A stretch of DNA of 64,000 nt from a bacterium (GCA_040390065.1 JAZJZE010000009.1:160001-224000); one strand, 5' to 3'; positions 9,670 to 20,545 are shown, counted from the first letter of the stretch. Numbers and translations: made by a program. Notes: generated by a model not told the origin, from the letters alone.

Positions 9670-10332
9670 TCAGGCAAAACCGTCGAGCCGGACGTTCTTC
9701 GGCGCAAGCAGATCCCTTGCCGTCGCCCATGTGAGGCGCGTTCCCTCGGGCAACTCCCCAAACGCGGCGAGCCAGCCGCGCAGGAACGCTTGCGTCAAGG
9801 GGTCGCTGGAATAGCCGGAGCCCAGGGGGAGGTTCAGCTTGCGTTCGAGGCGGCGCGCCAGTTTCGCGACCTGGGCGTCGCGTTCGACCTTCGCGATGAT
9901 GCTCGCGGCGCCGACGATCGGATAGGTCACGTCTGCCTTGTGCTCGCTCACGACCGTCGTGCCCGGGGGCAGGGCCGCGGCCAGGTGTGCCCCGAAGCGC
10001 TGCGCGTCGACGTCGGCGGCATCGACCCATACGGTCGTGGCCCCGAGTGCGACGGCGATGTCCTGGAAGCGGCGCATCTCGATGACGTTGAGACTGCGGC
10101 CTTCCCGCCGTTCGGCGTCCAGCACGTCGGCATCCACGGTGCGCACCTCGATCTTGACGGCGGCTTCGCGTCGCAGCGCCCGGTCCAGTGCGCGGCGGCG
10201 GTCGGGGGAGAGGACCTTCGAGTCGGTGCAACCCAAGGCTGCAAAGAGGTCGATCTCGGTCGCGGCGACGCCCGCAACGACGAGGGGGCCGATCACGGGG
10301 CCGCGTCCCGCCTCGTCCATCCCCGCAAGCAT
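9670..10332 (-). CDS. rnhB: Ribonuclease HII
   Basis: DEAGRGPVIGP, DSKVL, AASIIAKVERD and GSGY motifs. Confidence 0.95.
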   Translation of the reverse strand: MLAGMDEAGRGPVIGPLVVAGVAATEIDLFAALGCTDSKVLSPDRRRALDRALRREAAVKIEVRTVDADVLDAERREGRSLNVIEMRRFQDIAVALGATTVWVDAADVDAQRFGAHLAAALPPGTTVVSEHKADVTYPIVGAASIIAKVERDAQVAKLARRLERKLNLPLGSGYSSDPLTQAFLRGWLAAFGELPEGTRLTWATARDLLAPKNVRLDGFA

Positions 10333-10418
10333 GCCTTGTCCAGTCCGGGGCCGCGGAAGAAGGCGACGGCAAGCGCCGGGCCTCATCCCTAAATACGTGC
10401 GCGGACCCATATTGGGCC

Positions 10419-10892
10419 GTGCCCGTCGACGCAAGCTGGTGGACCGCAGCCGGCTTTCTCATGTTCGGCCTGCTCCTGATCGTCATCGAGATCTGGATGC
10501 CCGGCTACTTCATCGCCGTCCCTGGCGGTGCCTTGTTCCTCGGCGGCGCCTTGGCGCTCGCCATTCCCGGCGTGATGTTCGAGTCGGCCTGGGCCTGGCT
10601 TCTCTGGCCGCTTTTCCTGGGACTGGCCACCGTTGCGAACCTGTACGCCTACAAGCGCTGGGCACCGCCGGCTCGCCACCCGGTGACCATGGGCACCGAT
10701 TCGCTTCCAGGCCAGGTCGGCACGGTCGTCCACGACGTGGCGCCTGGTCAAGGCGGCAAGGGAAAGGTGCGCATCCGCGGCGCCGTGTGGTCAGCGCGCA
10801 GCGCCGTCCCCATCGCGAAGGGCGAGCACGCGCGCGTCGTGCGCGTCGAGGGCGTGTACGTGATCGTGGAGCCCGCGGCGGCGCACGCCTAA
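10419..10892 (+). CDS. NfeD-family membrane protein
   Basis: TM N-terminus with IEIWMPG; OB-fold GKVRIRGAVWSARS...VVRVEG; GTG start inferred. Confidence 0.85.
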   Translation: MPVDASWWTAAGFLMFGLLLIVIEIWMPGYFIAVPGGALFLGGALALAIPGVMFESAWAWLLWPLFLGLATVANLYAYKRWAPPARHPVTMGTDSLPGQVGTVVHDVAPGQGGKGKVRIRGAVWSARSAVPIAKGEHARVVRVEGVYVIVEPAAAHA

Positions 10893-12067
10893 CTGAGTGC
10901 CGACAACACGCGCGCCGCCGGCCGCGTCACGCGCTCGCGCAGGGTCTTGGGCGCAAACACCCACGCGCGCCAGTGGTCGAGCCGCGCCTCCTGGAGGACG
11001 GCGACGAGACGGCTTGCCTGCGCGAGCGGTTCGAGGCTGCCATCACGGCGGCGCACTTGCACGGCGACTTCGCGAAAGCGCGGCGGATGGGGCACGTCGA
11101 GGAGCGCCTGGTGCGGCTCCACGCCGGCATCCGCGGCCACCTCGGCCTGGACCTTGGCCCGCGCCTTCGCGTCGTCCGCCAGGCGCAGGATGGCGTCCCG
11201 GTTGGCCGTCTGCGGCCCCGCCTCCCAGGCACGCTTGTACAACCGGCGTTCGTCGAGGCGAGCGACCAGTTCGGCCTCGGCGGCGCCGGCGCCGCGCAAG
11301 CGGTGCAGGAGGCCGTCGTCGGTTTCGCGCTCGAGGTCGGCCAGGCGGGCCGCGCCGGACGCGATGTGCGCGCGGATGGCGGCCTGCAGCATGGCCTCGC
11401 TTGCCCGCACAGTGTGGTGCAGGTAGACGGCAGGATACATGAGAAACCGCATGGCGAGGAGGCCCTCGGCGGCAATGATGCCTGACTCGTCGAGCACGAT
11501 GCCGTGCATATCGTCGCGGGCCAGGACCTCGATGAGGCGGTCGGCATCGACGGAGGACGGAACTCCGGTGTAGTGCGCGTCGCGCAGAAGGTAGTCCATG
11601 CGGTCGGCGTCGATTGGGCCGCTGACAAGCGTGGCGGTCGGCCCCCGTCCGATGATGGCGTCGCTCACGGCCACGGGGTCGAGTCCGCCTTGCCTGAGGA
11701 GGTCCGCAAGGGGCCCCCACCTGACGAGGTCGACGCTTACGTCCTCGTGCCGCCGGCCCGCTTCACGCAGGAGTTCGTCGAAGGCGTGGCTGAAGGGACC
11801 GTGGCCGACGTCGTGCAGGAGCGCCGCGGCGCGCACGGTGTCCGCCTCGGCAGGAGCGAGCCCGAGGCGTGAGGCGATGCGGCCGGCCAGGTGCTGGGCG
11901 CCCACACTGTGCTCGAAGCGGCGGTGGTGGGCACCGGGATAGACGAGATGCGCCGTGCCGAGTTGCTGGATGCGGCGCAGGCGCTGCATGACCGGCGCGT
12001 CCAGAAGGGGCATCGACCAGGACGGCATCTCGATGGAGCCGTGGATGGGGTCGCGCAGAACCGTCAC
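10889..12067 (-). CDS. HD-domain phosphohydrolase (dNTP triphosphohydrolase-like)
   Basis: RDPIHG, QRLRRIQQLG, RFEHSVG, LLHDVGHGPFSH and DADRMDYLLRD motifs. Confidence 0.92.
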   Translation of the reverse strand: MTVLRDPIHGSIEMPSWSMPLLDAPVMQRLRRIQQLGTAHLVYPGAHHRRFEHSVGAQHLAGRIASRLGLAPAEADTVRAAALLHDVGHGPFSHAFDELLREAGRRHEDVSVDLVRWGPLADLLRQGGLDPVAVSDAIIGRGPTATLVSGPIDADRMDYLLRDAHYTGVPSSVDADRLIEVLARDDMHGIVLDESGIIAAEGLLAMRFLMYPAVYLHHTVRASEAMLQAAIRAHIASGAARLADLERETDDGLLHRLRGAGAAEAELVARLDERRLYKRAWEAGPQTANRDAILRLADDAKARAKVQAEVAADAGVEPHQALLDVPHPPRFREVAVQVRRRDGSLEPLAQASRLVAVLQEARLDHWRAWVFAPKTLRERVTRPAARVLSALS

Positions 12068-12093
12068 GCACGGGGGACACCATCGCCGGCTTT

Positions 12094-13800
12094 TCAGGCG
12101 ATGGGGTGCACGTCGGCGTCCGGGGCAGCGCGGCGTCGTCCTGGCCGGAACCATTCTGGGCGAAGCAGGCGTGCCAGCATGAGGACGCCGGCCAGGAGCA
12201 CGACGCTGGCCAGCCCGTGGTAGAAGGACTGGACGCCGGCATCGCTGGCGGCGAGCATGGATCCGACTTGGATGGCCGAGCCGCCGAAGGCATCGTCACG
12301 GCCTGCGGCGAGCGGCAATTCCAGGAAGGCCACGGTGGCGGCGGCCATCGCGATGCCGATGGCAAGCGGCAACGCGGATGAGGGCCGGGTATCCGGTGCC
12401 GCACGCCGCGCGACGCGAGCGATGGCCAGGGCCGCCACGAGGGCGCCGCAGACCCGCCACAGGACGAGCTCACCGGGGCTGGTGTCGAAGGCGGCAAGGC
12501 CATTCTCGCTGGGGACGTACGTCGCATACACGGTGTTGCCGATGCCCCACAGGGCGCCGGCGCACAGCAGGAGGGCGGGCGCCGCCGCGACGGGCTCGGC
12601 GACGAATAGGCTTGCGATCGCAAGGGGGGCGGCAGCGGCAAGCCAAGCCCAAAGCGCGCGCGAGTCCGTCCACGTCACTGCACCGGCAAGGACGAAGCAG
12701 GCTGCCGCGGCGATGGGCACGCCCCACACGACGGTGGCCCGGATGGGCGTCGGGGCTGGGCGCTCCGCCTGGCGAGCGAGCACGCGCACGAAGCGCCGGT
12801 GCAGCAGGACGAGAGGGACCGCAGGGATGGCGAGCAGGAGGTTCGCGACGAGGGCCGTGTTGAGGTTGACGAGCCCGAAGGGCGCGTTGCCTTCGGCAAG
12901 TCCGGTGAGAGTGACCTTGGGAAGCACGAGGGCGGCGGCCGCGACGACGACGAGCACGGCGGCGAGGCCGGCCTCGATGCGGCCGATGCCTTGCCAGAAG
13001 TCGAGGGCGACTGGTGCCCGCAGCGGTTCGCGGATGGCCCTCGCCAGGTGCCACGTCTTCAGTGTCGACGTCACGAGGATTCCCAGGCATGCAAGTGCAG
13101 CAAGCGGCAGCGCCAGTTGGAAGGGGCCGCTGTTGGCGGAGGCCGGCAAGGCGACGGCGGCCCGCAAGGCGCCCCAACCGGCGATGGCCAGGAACGGTGC
13201 CGCCAGCCCGAGAGCGCCGACCTGCAGGGCCACCGCCTGGCGGGACGCATCGACCTTGAGTGGCGCGGCCCCTCGCACGAGCAGGCGCCCCGACCAGACC
13301 ATGGCAAGGACTCCCGCCACGACGACGGCGAGCACCGGGGCGAGGACCCAAGGCATGACGCCGGAGTTCGACGCCAGGAGGCCGATGCTCATGTGGTACG
13401 GCAGCGGTTGGCCGGGCACGCCGCTTGCGTCATGCACGTCACCGGCGAGGACGGAGGGCCAAGCGGTCTGCAGGAGGTTCACCGTCAGGTACGACGCGCC
13501 CAGAAACAGGATGGCGGCCCCGAACCTGGCCAGAGTCGCGGGGCGCGGGGTCCAGCGGCGCGGCGGGCGGCCGAGGAGGGCGTCGCGGGGCGGGCCGGCC
13601 ACGGCGAGGATGATGAGCAAGAGCCCGAACGCGGCGGGAATCGCGGTGAAGACGATGGCGTCGCCGAGGTTGATGCCGGCGTTCTGGCTTCCCGCAGGGC
13701 CGAGGTACCGTTCATGCTGGAATGCAGCGCCAAAGCCGAGCCCGGCGGCGGTGGCCGCGGTGCCGACGAGGATCAGTGCCAGTCGCCCGCGCGGGACCAC
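12094..13800 (-). CDS. Polytopic membrane protein, function unknown
   Basis: Long ORF with more than 10 hydrophobic segments; GTG start inferred. Confidence 0.65.
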   Translation of the reverse strand: MVPRGRLALILVGTAATAAGLGFGAAFQHERYLGPAGSQNAGINLGDAIVFTAIPAAFGLLLIILAVAGPPRDALLGRPPRRWTPRPATLARFGAAILFLGASYLTVNLLQTAWPSVLAGDVHDASGVPGQPLPYHMSIGLLASNSGVMPWVLAPVLAVVVAGVLAMVWSGRLLVRGAAPLKVDASRQAVALQVGALGLAAPFLAIAGWGALRAAVALPASANSGPFQLALPLAALACLGILVTSTLKTWHLARAIREPLRAPVALDFWQGIGRIEAGLAAVLVVVAAAALVLPKVTLTGLAEGNAPFGLVNLNTALVANLLLAIPAVPLVLLHRRFVRVLARQAERPAPTPIRATVVWGVPIAAAACFVLAGAVTWTDSRALWAWLAAAAPLAIASLFVAEPVAAAPALLLCAGALWGIGNTVYATYVPSENGLAAFDTSPGELVLWRVCGALVAALAIARVARRAAPDTRPSSALPLAIGIAMAAATVAFLELPLAAGRDDAFGGSAIQVGSMLAASDAGVQSFYHGLASVVLLAGVLMLARLLRPEWFRPGRRRAAPDADVHPIA

Positions 13801-13850
13801 GCCGTTTTCATGCCGTGGCGACCACTTAACACTTGAGGATTCGGCCTCCG

Positions 13851-14714
13851 TCAGAGCGGCGGCAGGTCGAGGCTGGGTGCCGGCGGAGCGGCTCCGGGCA
13901 TGCCGAGCATCTCCAGTTCGAAACTCGAACCCATCGTGACGCGCAGCCCATCGCGGGCAGCGACGGTCGGGACGCCGGTTGCATCCGTGATGCGTTGTGC
14001 CCACATGCCGGGGTCGCCGTCCTTGAGGGTCTTGTAGCCGAAATGGGTGAGGAGCAAGAGGCGCGGCTTGATCTGGTCGGCGAGGCGCTGCACGTCGTCG
14101 GTGCACATGTGCCACGGGATGCGTTCCGAGCCGCCGCGCGTCATCTGGCAGACGACGAGGCGCGCGCCCTGGTGGGCGTCCGCCAGGCCGTCGAAGTAGC
14201 GCGTGTCGGGGATGTAGCTCAGGACTCCATCGGTGAGTTTCATGCGGAAGCCGACGGTGTCCGGGTCGGAGTGGTCCTGCTTGGTCGCCGTGACCTCGTA
14301 CATGCCCTCGAGCGTCACGGTGTCGCCGGCCCGGACCTCCTTGCACGTGGCCATCATGCGCTGGTGGTACTGCGAGATGACGGGACCGAGCGCGTCGCCG
14401 TCGGTGGACGTGGTGCCGCGAAGGACTGAACGCGGGGCAAGCAGTGCGCCTTGCCGGTCGAGGCCACCTCGCGTGATGCCTTCCAGGAGGATGGGTGCGT
14501 CCGTCCAGTGGTCGGGATGAGCATGGCTCAGCAGCACGGCGCGTGTCTGCGTCGGGTCGAGGCCGTACCGGTGCATGTGCACGAGGGCCCCGGGGCCTGG
14601 GTCAATGTTGCAGCGCAACCCCTGGTCGCGAACGTACATTCCGCCCGTCTGGCGGAGCTGGCTGATGGTGGTGAACCGGCCACCGCCGGTCCCCAGGAAT
14701 GTCAGCTCGGTCAC
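13851..14714 (-). CDS. Metallo-beta-lactamase-fold hydrolase
   Basis: FLGTGGGR, IDPGPG, SHAHPDH and THFG motifs. Confidence 0.9.
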   Translation of the reverse strand: MTELTFLGTGGGRFTTISQLRQTGGMYVRDQGLRCNIDPGPGALVHMHRYGLDPTQTRAVLLSHAHPDHWTDAPILLEGITRGGLDRQGALLAPRSVLRGTTSTDGDALGPVISQYHQRMMATCKEVRAGDTVTLEGMYEVTATKQDHSDPDTVGFRMKLTDGVLSYIPDTRYFDGLADAHQGARLVVCQMTRGGSERIPWHMCTDDVQRLADQIKPRLLLLTHFGYKTLKDGDPGMWAQRITDATGVPTVAARDGLRVTMGSSFELEMLGMPGAAPPAPSLDLPPL

Positions 14715-14811
14715 TCGGCTTCACAAGACGAGGCAAGTGCCCCCCCGCGTATCAAGGTTGCCCGCGTCGCGGCGTATGCGCCCGGACTGCCAGGTCCCCA
14801 GCACAACGCTT

Positions 14812-15588
14812 ATGGGAGCCGCTCTGGCATCGAGGCGCGTGAAGCTTGTGGGACTGGCCATCGTGGCCACGATGCTCCTGCCCATCGCGTCCCTGCCTGC
14901 GCAGGGCCAGGTCGACCTCCGCGGCGCATCCTCCTGCGCGGCCCGCTCGCCGCCGTGCGGCTACATCAATCCGCTTCTCGACCTCAACTTCTCTGACAAG
15001 CCCAAGTGCACCGGCCAAGCCGGCGCCGTCGACTTGTCGACGTGCATCGCCATGCCCGAGGCGAATGCCACGGTGACGTTCCGCGGCACGGTGCGCTGGT
15101 ACTGGAAGGAATCCGAGGACACCATCTACCCGCCCGACGCGCAGAAGCCCGTCGCCATCACCTTCGCCACCGTTCCCAGCAACCCGTCGTGGATGTCCTT
15201 CAAGGTCTCGCCGGAGACGTATACGATTGGCGTTGCCGAGCTGTTCAACCCGACCAACAGCAAGGTCGACCAGACCGTGTCGCCCCCCATCGTGTACTAC
15301 TGGTTCGAGCGCCCCGTGAACGTGACCTTCACGCGCACCGGCACGCCGACGCCGGACGAAGTCGCCGACCTCGCGGCCCACGATTACGTCGTCGACGTGT
15401 ACGTGCGGGCCAAGAGCACGGAGTCGGGCTCGACGTACAATGCCGGCTTCGGCGGCGAGTACTTCCGCTTCGACGGCACCGGCTTCCAAGCGCAGCCAAC
15501 AACGGCTCAGAAAGCGTCGCCCGCCGGCTGGACGGCACCGGTCCTGGCTCTGGCGGCCGTTGCCGTCATGCGTCGTCGCCGGGCGTGA
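14812..15588 (+). CDS. Secreted surface protein with C-terminal sorting-like signal
   Basis: Signal peptide; C-terminus KASPAG + hydrophobic helix + RRRRA; alternative start GTG 14839. Confidence 0.75.
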   Translation: MGAALASRRVKLVGLAIVATMLLPIASLPAQGQVDLRGASSCAARSPPCGYINPLLDLNFSDKPKCTGQAGAVDLSTCIAMPEANATVTFRGTVRWYWKESEDTIYPPDAQKPVAITFATVPSNPSWMSFKVSPETYTIGVAELFNPTNSKVDQTVSPPIVYYWFERPVNVTFTRTGTPTPDEVADLAAHDYVVDVYVRAKSTESGSTYNAGFGGEYFRFDGTGFQAQPTTAQKASPAGWTAPVLALAAVAVMRRRRA

Positions 15589-16423
15589 CGGTCCGGCCGA
15601 GTAGGTCGCGCAACTTGATGGCAGCCACGGCTTGCCGGCCGACGTCCAGCCGCCCCGGCGCCGCGTAGAACAGGTTCTGGCCCTTGAGGCCAAGCCAAGT
15701 TCCGGCGTGCCGGCCGAACGGTTGCACGCGGCGCGGCGCTCCCGGCAGCGGCTGACTCACCAAGTGGTCCTCGACACGCACGACAGGGCCAGGCGCCGCG
15801 CCGCGTTCGGCCAGCCGTGCACGCATCGCCTCGGCGCGGGCGGCCACGAGGTCCCAATCGACGGGTCTTGCCATCTGGGGAAGGATTTCGCGTGGCGTGC
15901 GGAACTCGGGGACGCCGTACAGGAACGACAATGCGCGCTCGGCGGCCCGGGCGGCGGCACGGTCCGGCTGCCGACTGGCCACGAAGTAGGCGTCGGCGCC
16001 TTGTTCGCGCAGGCGGAGCGGGACGCGCCACTCCTGCGTCAGGCCGACTTTGGCAAGCGGGCCGTAGAAGGCGACGTACACGGCGTGTGGCACGGGCCCG
16101 AACGGGCAGTGACAGCTTGCTGGGTCGCTCGCGCAGCGCGGTTCGAAGACGCAATCTGGCGTCTCGAGCCCACTGCAGGGAAGGCAGCAGGCTTCGGCGC
16201 CGACCGCCGTCTGCCCGGGGCACGGTACATGATGGCCGGCGTCCCAGCGGCCGACGCAAGTGCGCGGGCCCGACACGCGCCACGCGAAGGCGCCCTCGAG
16301 GGCGACACGCGACGGTGGCCCGCCACCGGACGGCACGGCCAGTAGGAAGGGCACGCCATCGTCCTCGCCCGAGGCGATGACGTGGAAGCCGTCGCTCGGC
16401 GGTGCGCGGGCTGCCGCCAGCAC
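15566..16423 (-). CDS. DUF2797-like protein
   Basis: Cys cluster followed by PHAVYVAF..KVGLT...RLREQGAD. Confidence 0.75.
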   Translation of the reverse strand: MLAAARAPPSDGFHVIASGEDDGVPFLLAVPSGGGPPSRVALEGAFAWRVSGPRTCVGRWDAGHHVPCPGQTAVGAEACCLPCSGLETPDCVFEPRCASDPASCHCPFGPVPHAVYVAFYGPLAKVGLTQEWRVPLRLREQGADAYFVASRQPDRAAARAAERALSFLYGVPEFRTPREILPQMARPVDWDLVAARAEAMRARLAERGAAPGPVVRVEDHLVSQPLPGAPRRVQPFGRHAGTWLGLKGQNLFYAAPGRLDVGRQAVAAIKLRDLLGRTVTPGDDA

Positions 16424-16424
16424 G

Positions 16425-17795
16425 TCAGCGCTCCCAAGGGCGGCGGCGCAGCACCGTGTCGGCCACGGCGGGGGCCCACGGAGCGGGCGCGTCGGCAGGG
16501 TCCAGCATGACCCGCGCATCGGGCAACGCGTCCTGCACGTGCCGGCCTGTCATTCCCGTGCGCAGGTGCGCGGTGATCCATTGGCCGGCAGTGCGCTCGC
16601 GCACGCGCACGTCGACTTCGAGTTGTCCGGCCGCGCCGCGGCGCACCGGTCCGGCGGCATCGGGATGGCCGGCCCACTTGGCCCGGAAGCGCTCGGCGTT
16701 GGGCACGACGGCTTCGAGCGGCCCTGCATGCGTTCGCGTTGCGGGCAGTTCGCGGCCGTTGGCGATCCACTGCAGGAGCACTTCGTCGCCGGCCGCGTTT
16801 GCTGCGGCGCTTGTGCGGTACACGGCAAAGCCGGCGTCCTCCAATCCGGCGGCGACCGACCGTGCGGCGCGCTGGAATTGCGGGAACACGATGTCGAGGC
16901 GGTCGGTGCGCGGCCGCACCAGGACGCCGGCCCAGGTGGCGCCTTGCTCCGCCAGGCTCGTGTGAAGCGCGGTCGCCGCCTCGGCGCGCGGCGGGGCCGG
17001 GAAGAAATGGTCGATGCGCGGATGCCCGAGGTACGTGCGGGCCGCATCGCATGCTTGGGCCAGCGTCTCCGTTTGCACGGCCGCGGCGCAATTGCGTGCC
17101 GGATCGACCGGGTCCACGACGACGAGCGGCGACACGTCGTCCTTGACTTCGTCGGCCCCGATGTGGAGCCGGCGGGGCTGCGCATCCCCGGCCAGCCAAC
17201 GCAAGGCGCCATGGAAGGAGCCTTGGCTTGCGACGAGGACTTCGGCGAGATACCCGGAGAAGCCACCGGTGGCCGTCTGCGCACCATAGCAGCCCGCCCC
17301 CGTGAGGAAACGTTTCAGAAGACGAGCGGAAGCGAGGCCCGCGGCGTCGAGGTGGGTGCGCACCCACGCTGTGTGAAACGGTGTGCGGTCGACGGCGCTC
17401 ATCTTGGAGCCGGCGGCGCCCACGGCATACGCAGGCACGAGGTCGACGGTGCGGCCGCGATACGTGCCGATGAGATACGGGTGTTGGGCGTACCTCGTGT
17501 GGGCGTCGGCGAGGATGCGTTTGCCCACGTCGAGGGCAACGCGCTCCAGGCGGTCAGCCGGGACGGCTGGGTCGAGGAGGAGGAACAGGTCGATGTCGCC
17601 GGAGCCCGAGATCCATGTGCCCTTGGCGACGGAGCCTTGCACCGTGGCGTGGCCCTTCATGCCGAGGCGGGCGAGTTCGGCGTCGGCGGCGGCCGTGAGG
17701 TCACGGACGACGGTTTGGCAGGCCGCCTCCTCTTGGGGCGTCGGCGTGATGCGTGCCAGGACCTCATGTTCCAGCGCCGTTGGCGGGCTTGTCAC
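16425..17795 (-). CDS. cca: Class I CCA tRNA nucleotidyltransferase
   Basis: GSVAKGTW..GDIDLF, YAQHPY, SAVDRTPFH, GGFSGYLAE and DPVDPARN motifs. Confidence 0.93.
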   Translation of the reverse strand: MTSPPTALEHEVLARITPTPQEEAACQTVVRDLTAAADAELARLGMKGHATVQGSVAKGTWISGSGDIDLFLLLDPAVPADRLERVALDVGKRILADAHTRYAQHPYLIGTYRGRTVDLVPAYAVGAAGSKMSAVDRTPFHTAWVRTHLDAAGLASARLLKRFLTGAGCYGAQTATGGFSGYLAEVLVASQGSFHGALRWLAGDAQPRRLHIGADEVKDDVSPLVVVDPVDPARNCAAAVQTETLAQACDAARTYLGHPRIDHFFPAPPRAEAATALHTSLAEQGATWAGVLVRPRTDRLDIVFPQFQRAARSVAAGLEDAGFAVYRTSAAANAAGDEVLLQWIANGRELPATRTHAGPLEAVVPNAERFRAKWAGHPDAAGPVRRGAAGQLEVDVRVRERTAGQWITAHLRTGMTGRHVQDALPDARVMLDPADAPAPWAPAVADTVLRRRPWER

Positions 17796-18505
17796 GCCTT
17801 GCCTCCGACGTCGAGCTGCGCCTGCTGCGGGCCGACGGGTCGCTCCGCGACGAGGTGCTCGGTCCCCGTTGCGCGCAGGAGGGCCCGCCGCAGCAGGTCC
17901 GCGACGGCCTCGCTCGTGAGCATCGGATCGTTGTCGTCGAGGGCCAGGAGTGGATCCCGGGCGGGGACGACGATGTGGGGGCTCGCGCGGCGGGAGAACA
18001 AGTCGCGGTACGTGCGCCGTGTGGCGTCGCCGACGATGACCCGGCGCAGGTCGTCGGGGATGGAGGCGAAGCCGGCGTGCTGCAGCTCCGCCTGGAAGAT
18101 GGGGCGGCCGAGCGTCGACTGCAGGGCAGCCAGACACAGCCGGACGCGCTCGGCCTCGGCGCGCGGCGTCTCCTGCAGAAGGCGGTGCAGGCGCTGGTGC
18201 AAGGACCAATGCGCCTCCGGGTTCTGCAACTGGTACAGCTTGGACGGCGGGCGGTCCATCTCCCGGAGCACGCCGGCGTCGGACAGTGCCTGCAAGTACC
18301 CGGCGATGGTGAGCCGGTGCGCGGGCGCGCCGCCACCTCCGACGAGGACGCGGGTGATGCCGCTGATGGAATCGGTGCCCGTGCGCTTGAGGTGCTCGAC
18401 GATGCGGTCGCGGACCGTGGCGTGGCGGGACAGGGCGCGCCGCCCATCCGGGGGGCCTTCGGCCGGCGGCACCGGCTCGACTTCTCCGTCAGGCACCGCC
18501 TCCAT
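17792..18505 (-). CDS. Conserved archaeal hypothetical protein with N-terminal winged-HTH-like region
   Basis: SISGITRVL...HRLTIAGYLQAL..G.L....PPSKLY; 4-bp overlap with cca. Confidence 0.65.
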   Translation of the reverse strand: MEAVPDGEVEPVPPAEGPPDGRRALSRHATVRDRIVEHLKRTGTDSISGITRVLVGGGGAPAHRLTIAGYLQALSDAGVLREMDRPPSKLYQLQNPEAHWSLHQRLHRLLQETPRAEAERVRLCLAALQSTLGRPIFQAELQHAGFASIPDDLRRVIVGDATRRTYRDLFSRRASPHIVVPARDPLLALDDNDPMLTSEAVADLLRRALLRATGTEHLVAERPVGPQQAQLDVGGKA

Positions 18506-18644
18506 GGCCTGGTCACAAACCCGATGACAATAAAGGTGCCTGGGGGGCAGGCGAAGCCGCCCAGCGTTTCCCTTGTGGCGCTATTTCAACGGCAAGCCGC
18601 CTAGATAAGGGGCTTATGAGGGCCTTTTCCGCGCGACCTGGGCT

Positions 18645-18652
18645 TTAAATAG
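18645..18652 (+). promoter_or_regulatory. TATA box of tbp
   Basis: TTTAAATA about 50 nt upstream of ATG 18702 in otherwise GC-rich DNA. Confidence 0.6.
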
Positions 18653-18701
18653 CACGGCCAAGTTGGTCGATTCACCCCCTAAAAAGGGAAGGACACCCGA
18701 C

Positions 18702-19250
18702 ATGGCGGTCATCCACATCCAGAACGTCGTCGCAAGCACCTCCATCGGCGAGGAGCTTGACTTGAACGCCATCAGCGCCACGTTCTCCAACGCCGAGTAC
18801 GAACCCGAGCAATTCCCCGGCCTGGTCTTCCGCGTCCCCGAACCCAAGACGGCCGCCCTGATCTTCCGCAGCGGCAAGGTCGTCTGCACGGGCGCCAAGT
18901 CCATCGAGGAGGTCCACACCGCCGTGGGCATCGTCTGCGACCAGTTGCGCGCCAACGGCTTCGAGACCATCGACGACCCCGAGATCACGATCCAGAACAT
19001 CGTCGCCACCAGCGACCTCGGCGCCGAACTGAACCTCAACGCCATCGCCATCGGCCTCGGCCTGGAGAACGTCGAGTACGAGCCCGAGCAGTTCCCCGGT
19101 CTCGTCTACCGCCTCACCGACCCCAAGGTCGTCGTCCTCATCTTCGGCAGCGGCAAGCTGGTCTGCACCGGCGCCCGCAAGAAGGAAGACGCCGAGGAAG
19201 CCGTGGACAAAATCACGGCCGAGCTCAGCTCGCTGGGCCTGCTGTTCTAG
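18702..19250 (+). CDS. tbp: TATA-box-binding protein
   Basis: Two repeats of IQN(V/I)VA...[10 protein letters not shown]...LIFxSGKxVCTGA. Confidence 0.98.
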   Translation: MAVIHIQNVVASTSIGEELDLNAISATFSNAEYEPEQFPGLVFRVPEPKTAALIFRSGKVVCTGAKSIEEVHTAVGIVCDQLRANGFETIDDPEITIQNIVATSDLGAELNLNAIAIGLGLENVEYEPEQFPGLVYRLTDPKVVVLIFGSGKLVCTGARKKEDAEEAVDKITAELSSLGLLF

Positions 19251-19327
19251 AGCCTTCCTTGCCCTCCGAGAACAACCTTGGTGCCGGCACCGTGCACGTT
19301 TTGCGGGCGTAGGCCCGACATTCCGGC

Positions 19328-20545
19328 ATGCCAATCCTGCCGTCAGCCACGGCCATCCTCTCCCTTCTTCTGGTTGCCGCCGCCGGAACCTTGGCAGCCA
19401 TCGCTGTCTGGGCGCTGTTTCGCGGCGCCGCGAAGCTCGCAAGCCGCACGAAGGGCGGCCTCGATGACGAACTTGCGCGCCGCCTGGCCGCGCCGGCCGC
19501 CGTCGCCGTTGGCGCCCTGACAGCACAACTTGCCGTCTCCTTCGTCGCGGTCGCATTGGATGCAAGCGTGTCCGCAGTTCTCCGGCAGGGCCTCGCGATC
19601 CTGTTCCTCGCCGCGGCCGCGTGGGGTGTCGTGCGCGCCATCCGCGGCGTATTCGACGCTGCCACGAAGCGCCGGCCTCGCCTCGCGCCCGCGACGCGGC
19701 TCGGGTCACGCCTCGTCGCGGTGAGCTTGTACGCGTTGGCCGGGTTGACGATCCTGTCGCAGCTGGGCATCTCCGTGACACCGATCCTCACGGGCCTTGG
19801 CATCGCCGGCATCGCCGTCGCCCTCGCACTGCAAGACACCTTGTCGAACTTCTTCGCGGGTGTTTGGATCCAGACGGGACGCCCGCTGCAGCCAGGCCAT
19901 TTCGTGCGCCTCGAGGCGCAGAAACTGGAGGGCTACGTCGAACAGGTCGGCTGGCGCACCACGCGGCTGCGCACGCTGGCGGGCACGACCATCGTCATCC
20001 CCAACGCGAGCCTTGCACAATCCATCGTGACCGACCACAACATCCCGGCCCCCGACCTGTCGGTGACGATGAAGTTCCGCGTCGGCTACGAGCAGGACCC
20101 GGCCAAGGTCGTGCAGGCGCTGACCGAGGAAGCCCAAGCCCTCATGCAGGACGACCCCACGCCGTTTGCAGCCGGCACGGCTCCCTTTGCCCAACTTGCC
20201 GACCTCGGCGACGACGCGCTCGTCTTCGCCGTCACGGTGCGCGTCACCGAATACGTCAAGCAGTTCCAGGTCCAGGACCGTCTCCGGCTGCGCGTCCTCA
20301 ACCGCTTCCGCCGCGACGCCATCCGCATCCCATACCCGACGCGCCACAACATCCAGGAGCCGGTCGACACGCCGGCGCACCGCTACGCCTCAGGACCTGG
20401 GGGATTTGCGGCCTATGACCGGCCGCCCCGACCACCGCCCATGCGCCAAGCCCCCGCCACCGTCGACCCGCGTGAAGCCGAGGCCGAGCAAGCCAAGCAG
20501 GACATCGCCGAAGCCCAAGCCGACGCCGCGGCGCCCAAGGAGTAG
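19328..20545 (+). CDS. mscS: Small-conductance mechanosensitive channel
   Basis: GIAGIAVALALQDTLSNFFAG, G.VEQVGWRTTRLRT and IPN motifs. Confidence 0.92.
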   Translation: MPILPSATAILSLLLVAAAGTLAAIAVWALFRGAAKLASRTKGGLDDELARRLAAPAAVAVGALTAQLAVSFVAVALDASVSAVLRQGLAILFLAAAAWGVVRAIRGVFDAATKRRPRLAPATRLGSRLVAVSLYALAGLTILSQLGISVTPILTGLGIAGIAVALALQDTLSNFFAGVWIQTGRPLQPGHFVRLEAQKLEGYVEQVGWRTTRLRTLAGTTIVIPNASLAQSIVTDHNIPAPDLSVTMKFRVGYEQDPAKVVQALTEEAQALMQDDPTPFAAGTAPFAQLADLGDDALVFAVTVRVTEYVKQFQVQDRLRLRVLNRFRRDAIRIPYPTRHNIQEPVDTPAHRYASGPGGFAAYDRPPRPPPMRQAPATVDPREAEAEQAKQDIAEAQADAAAPKE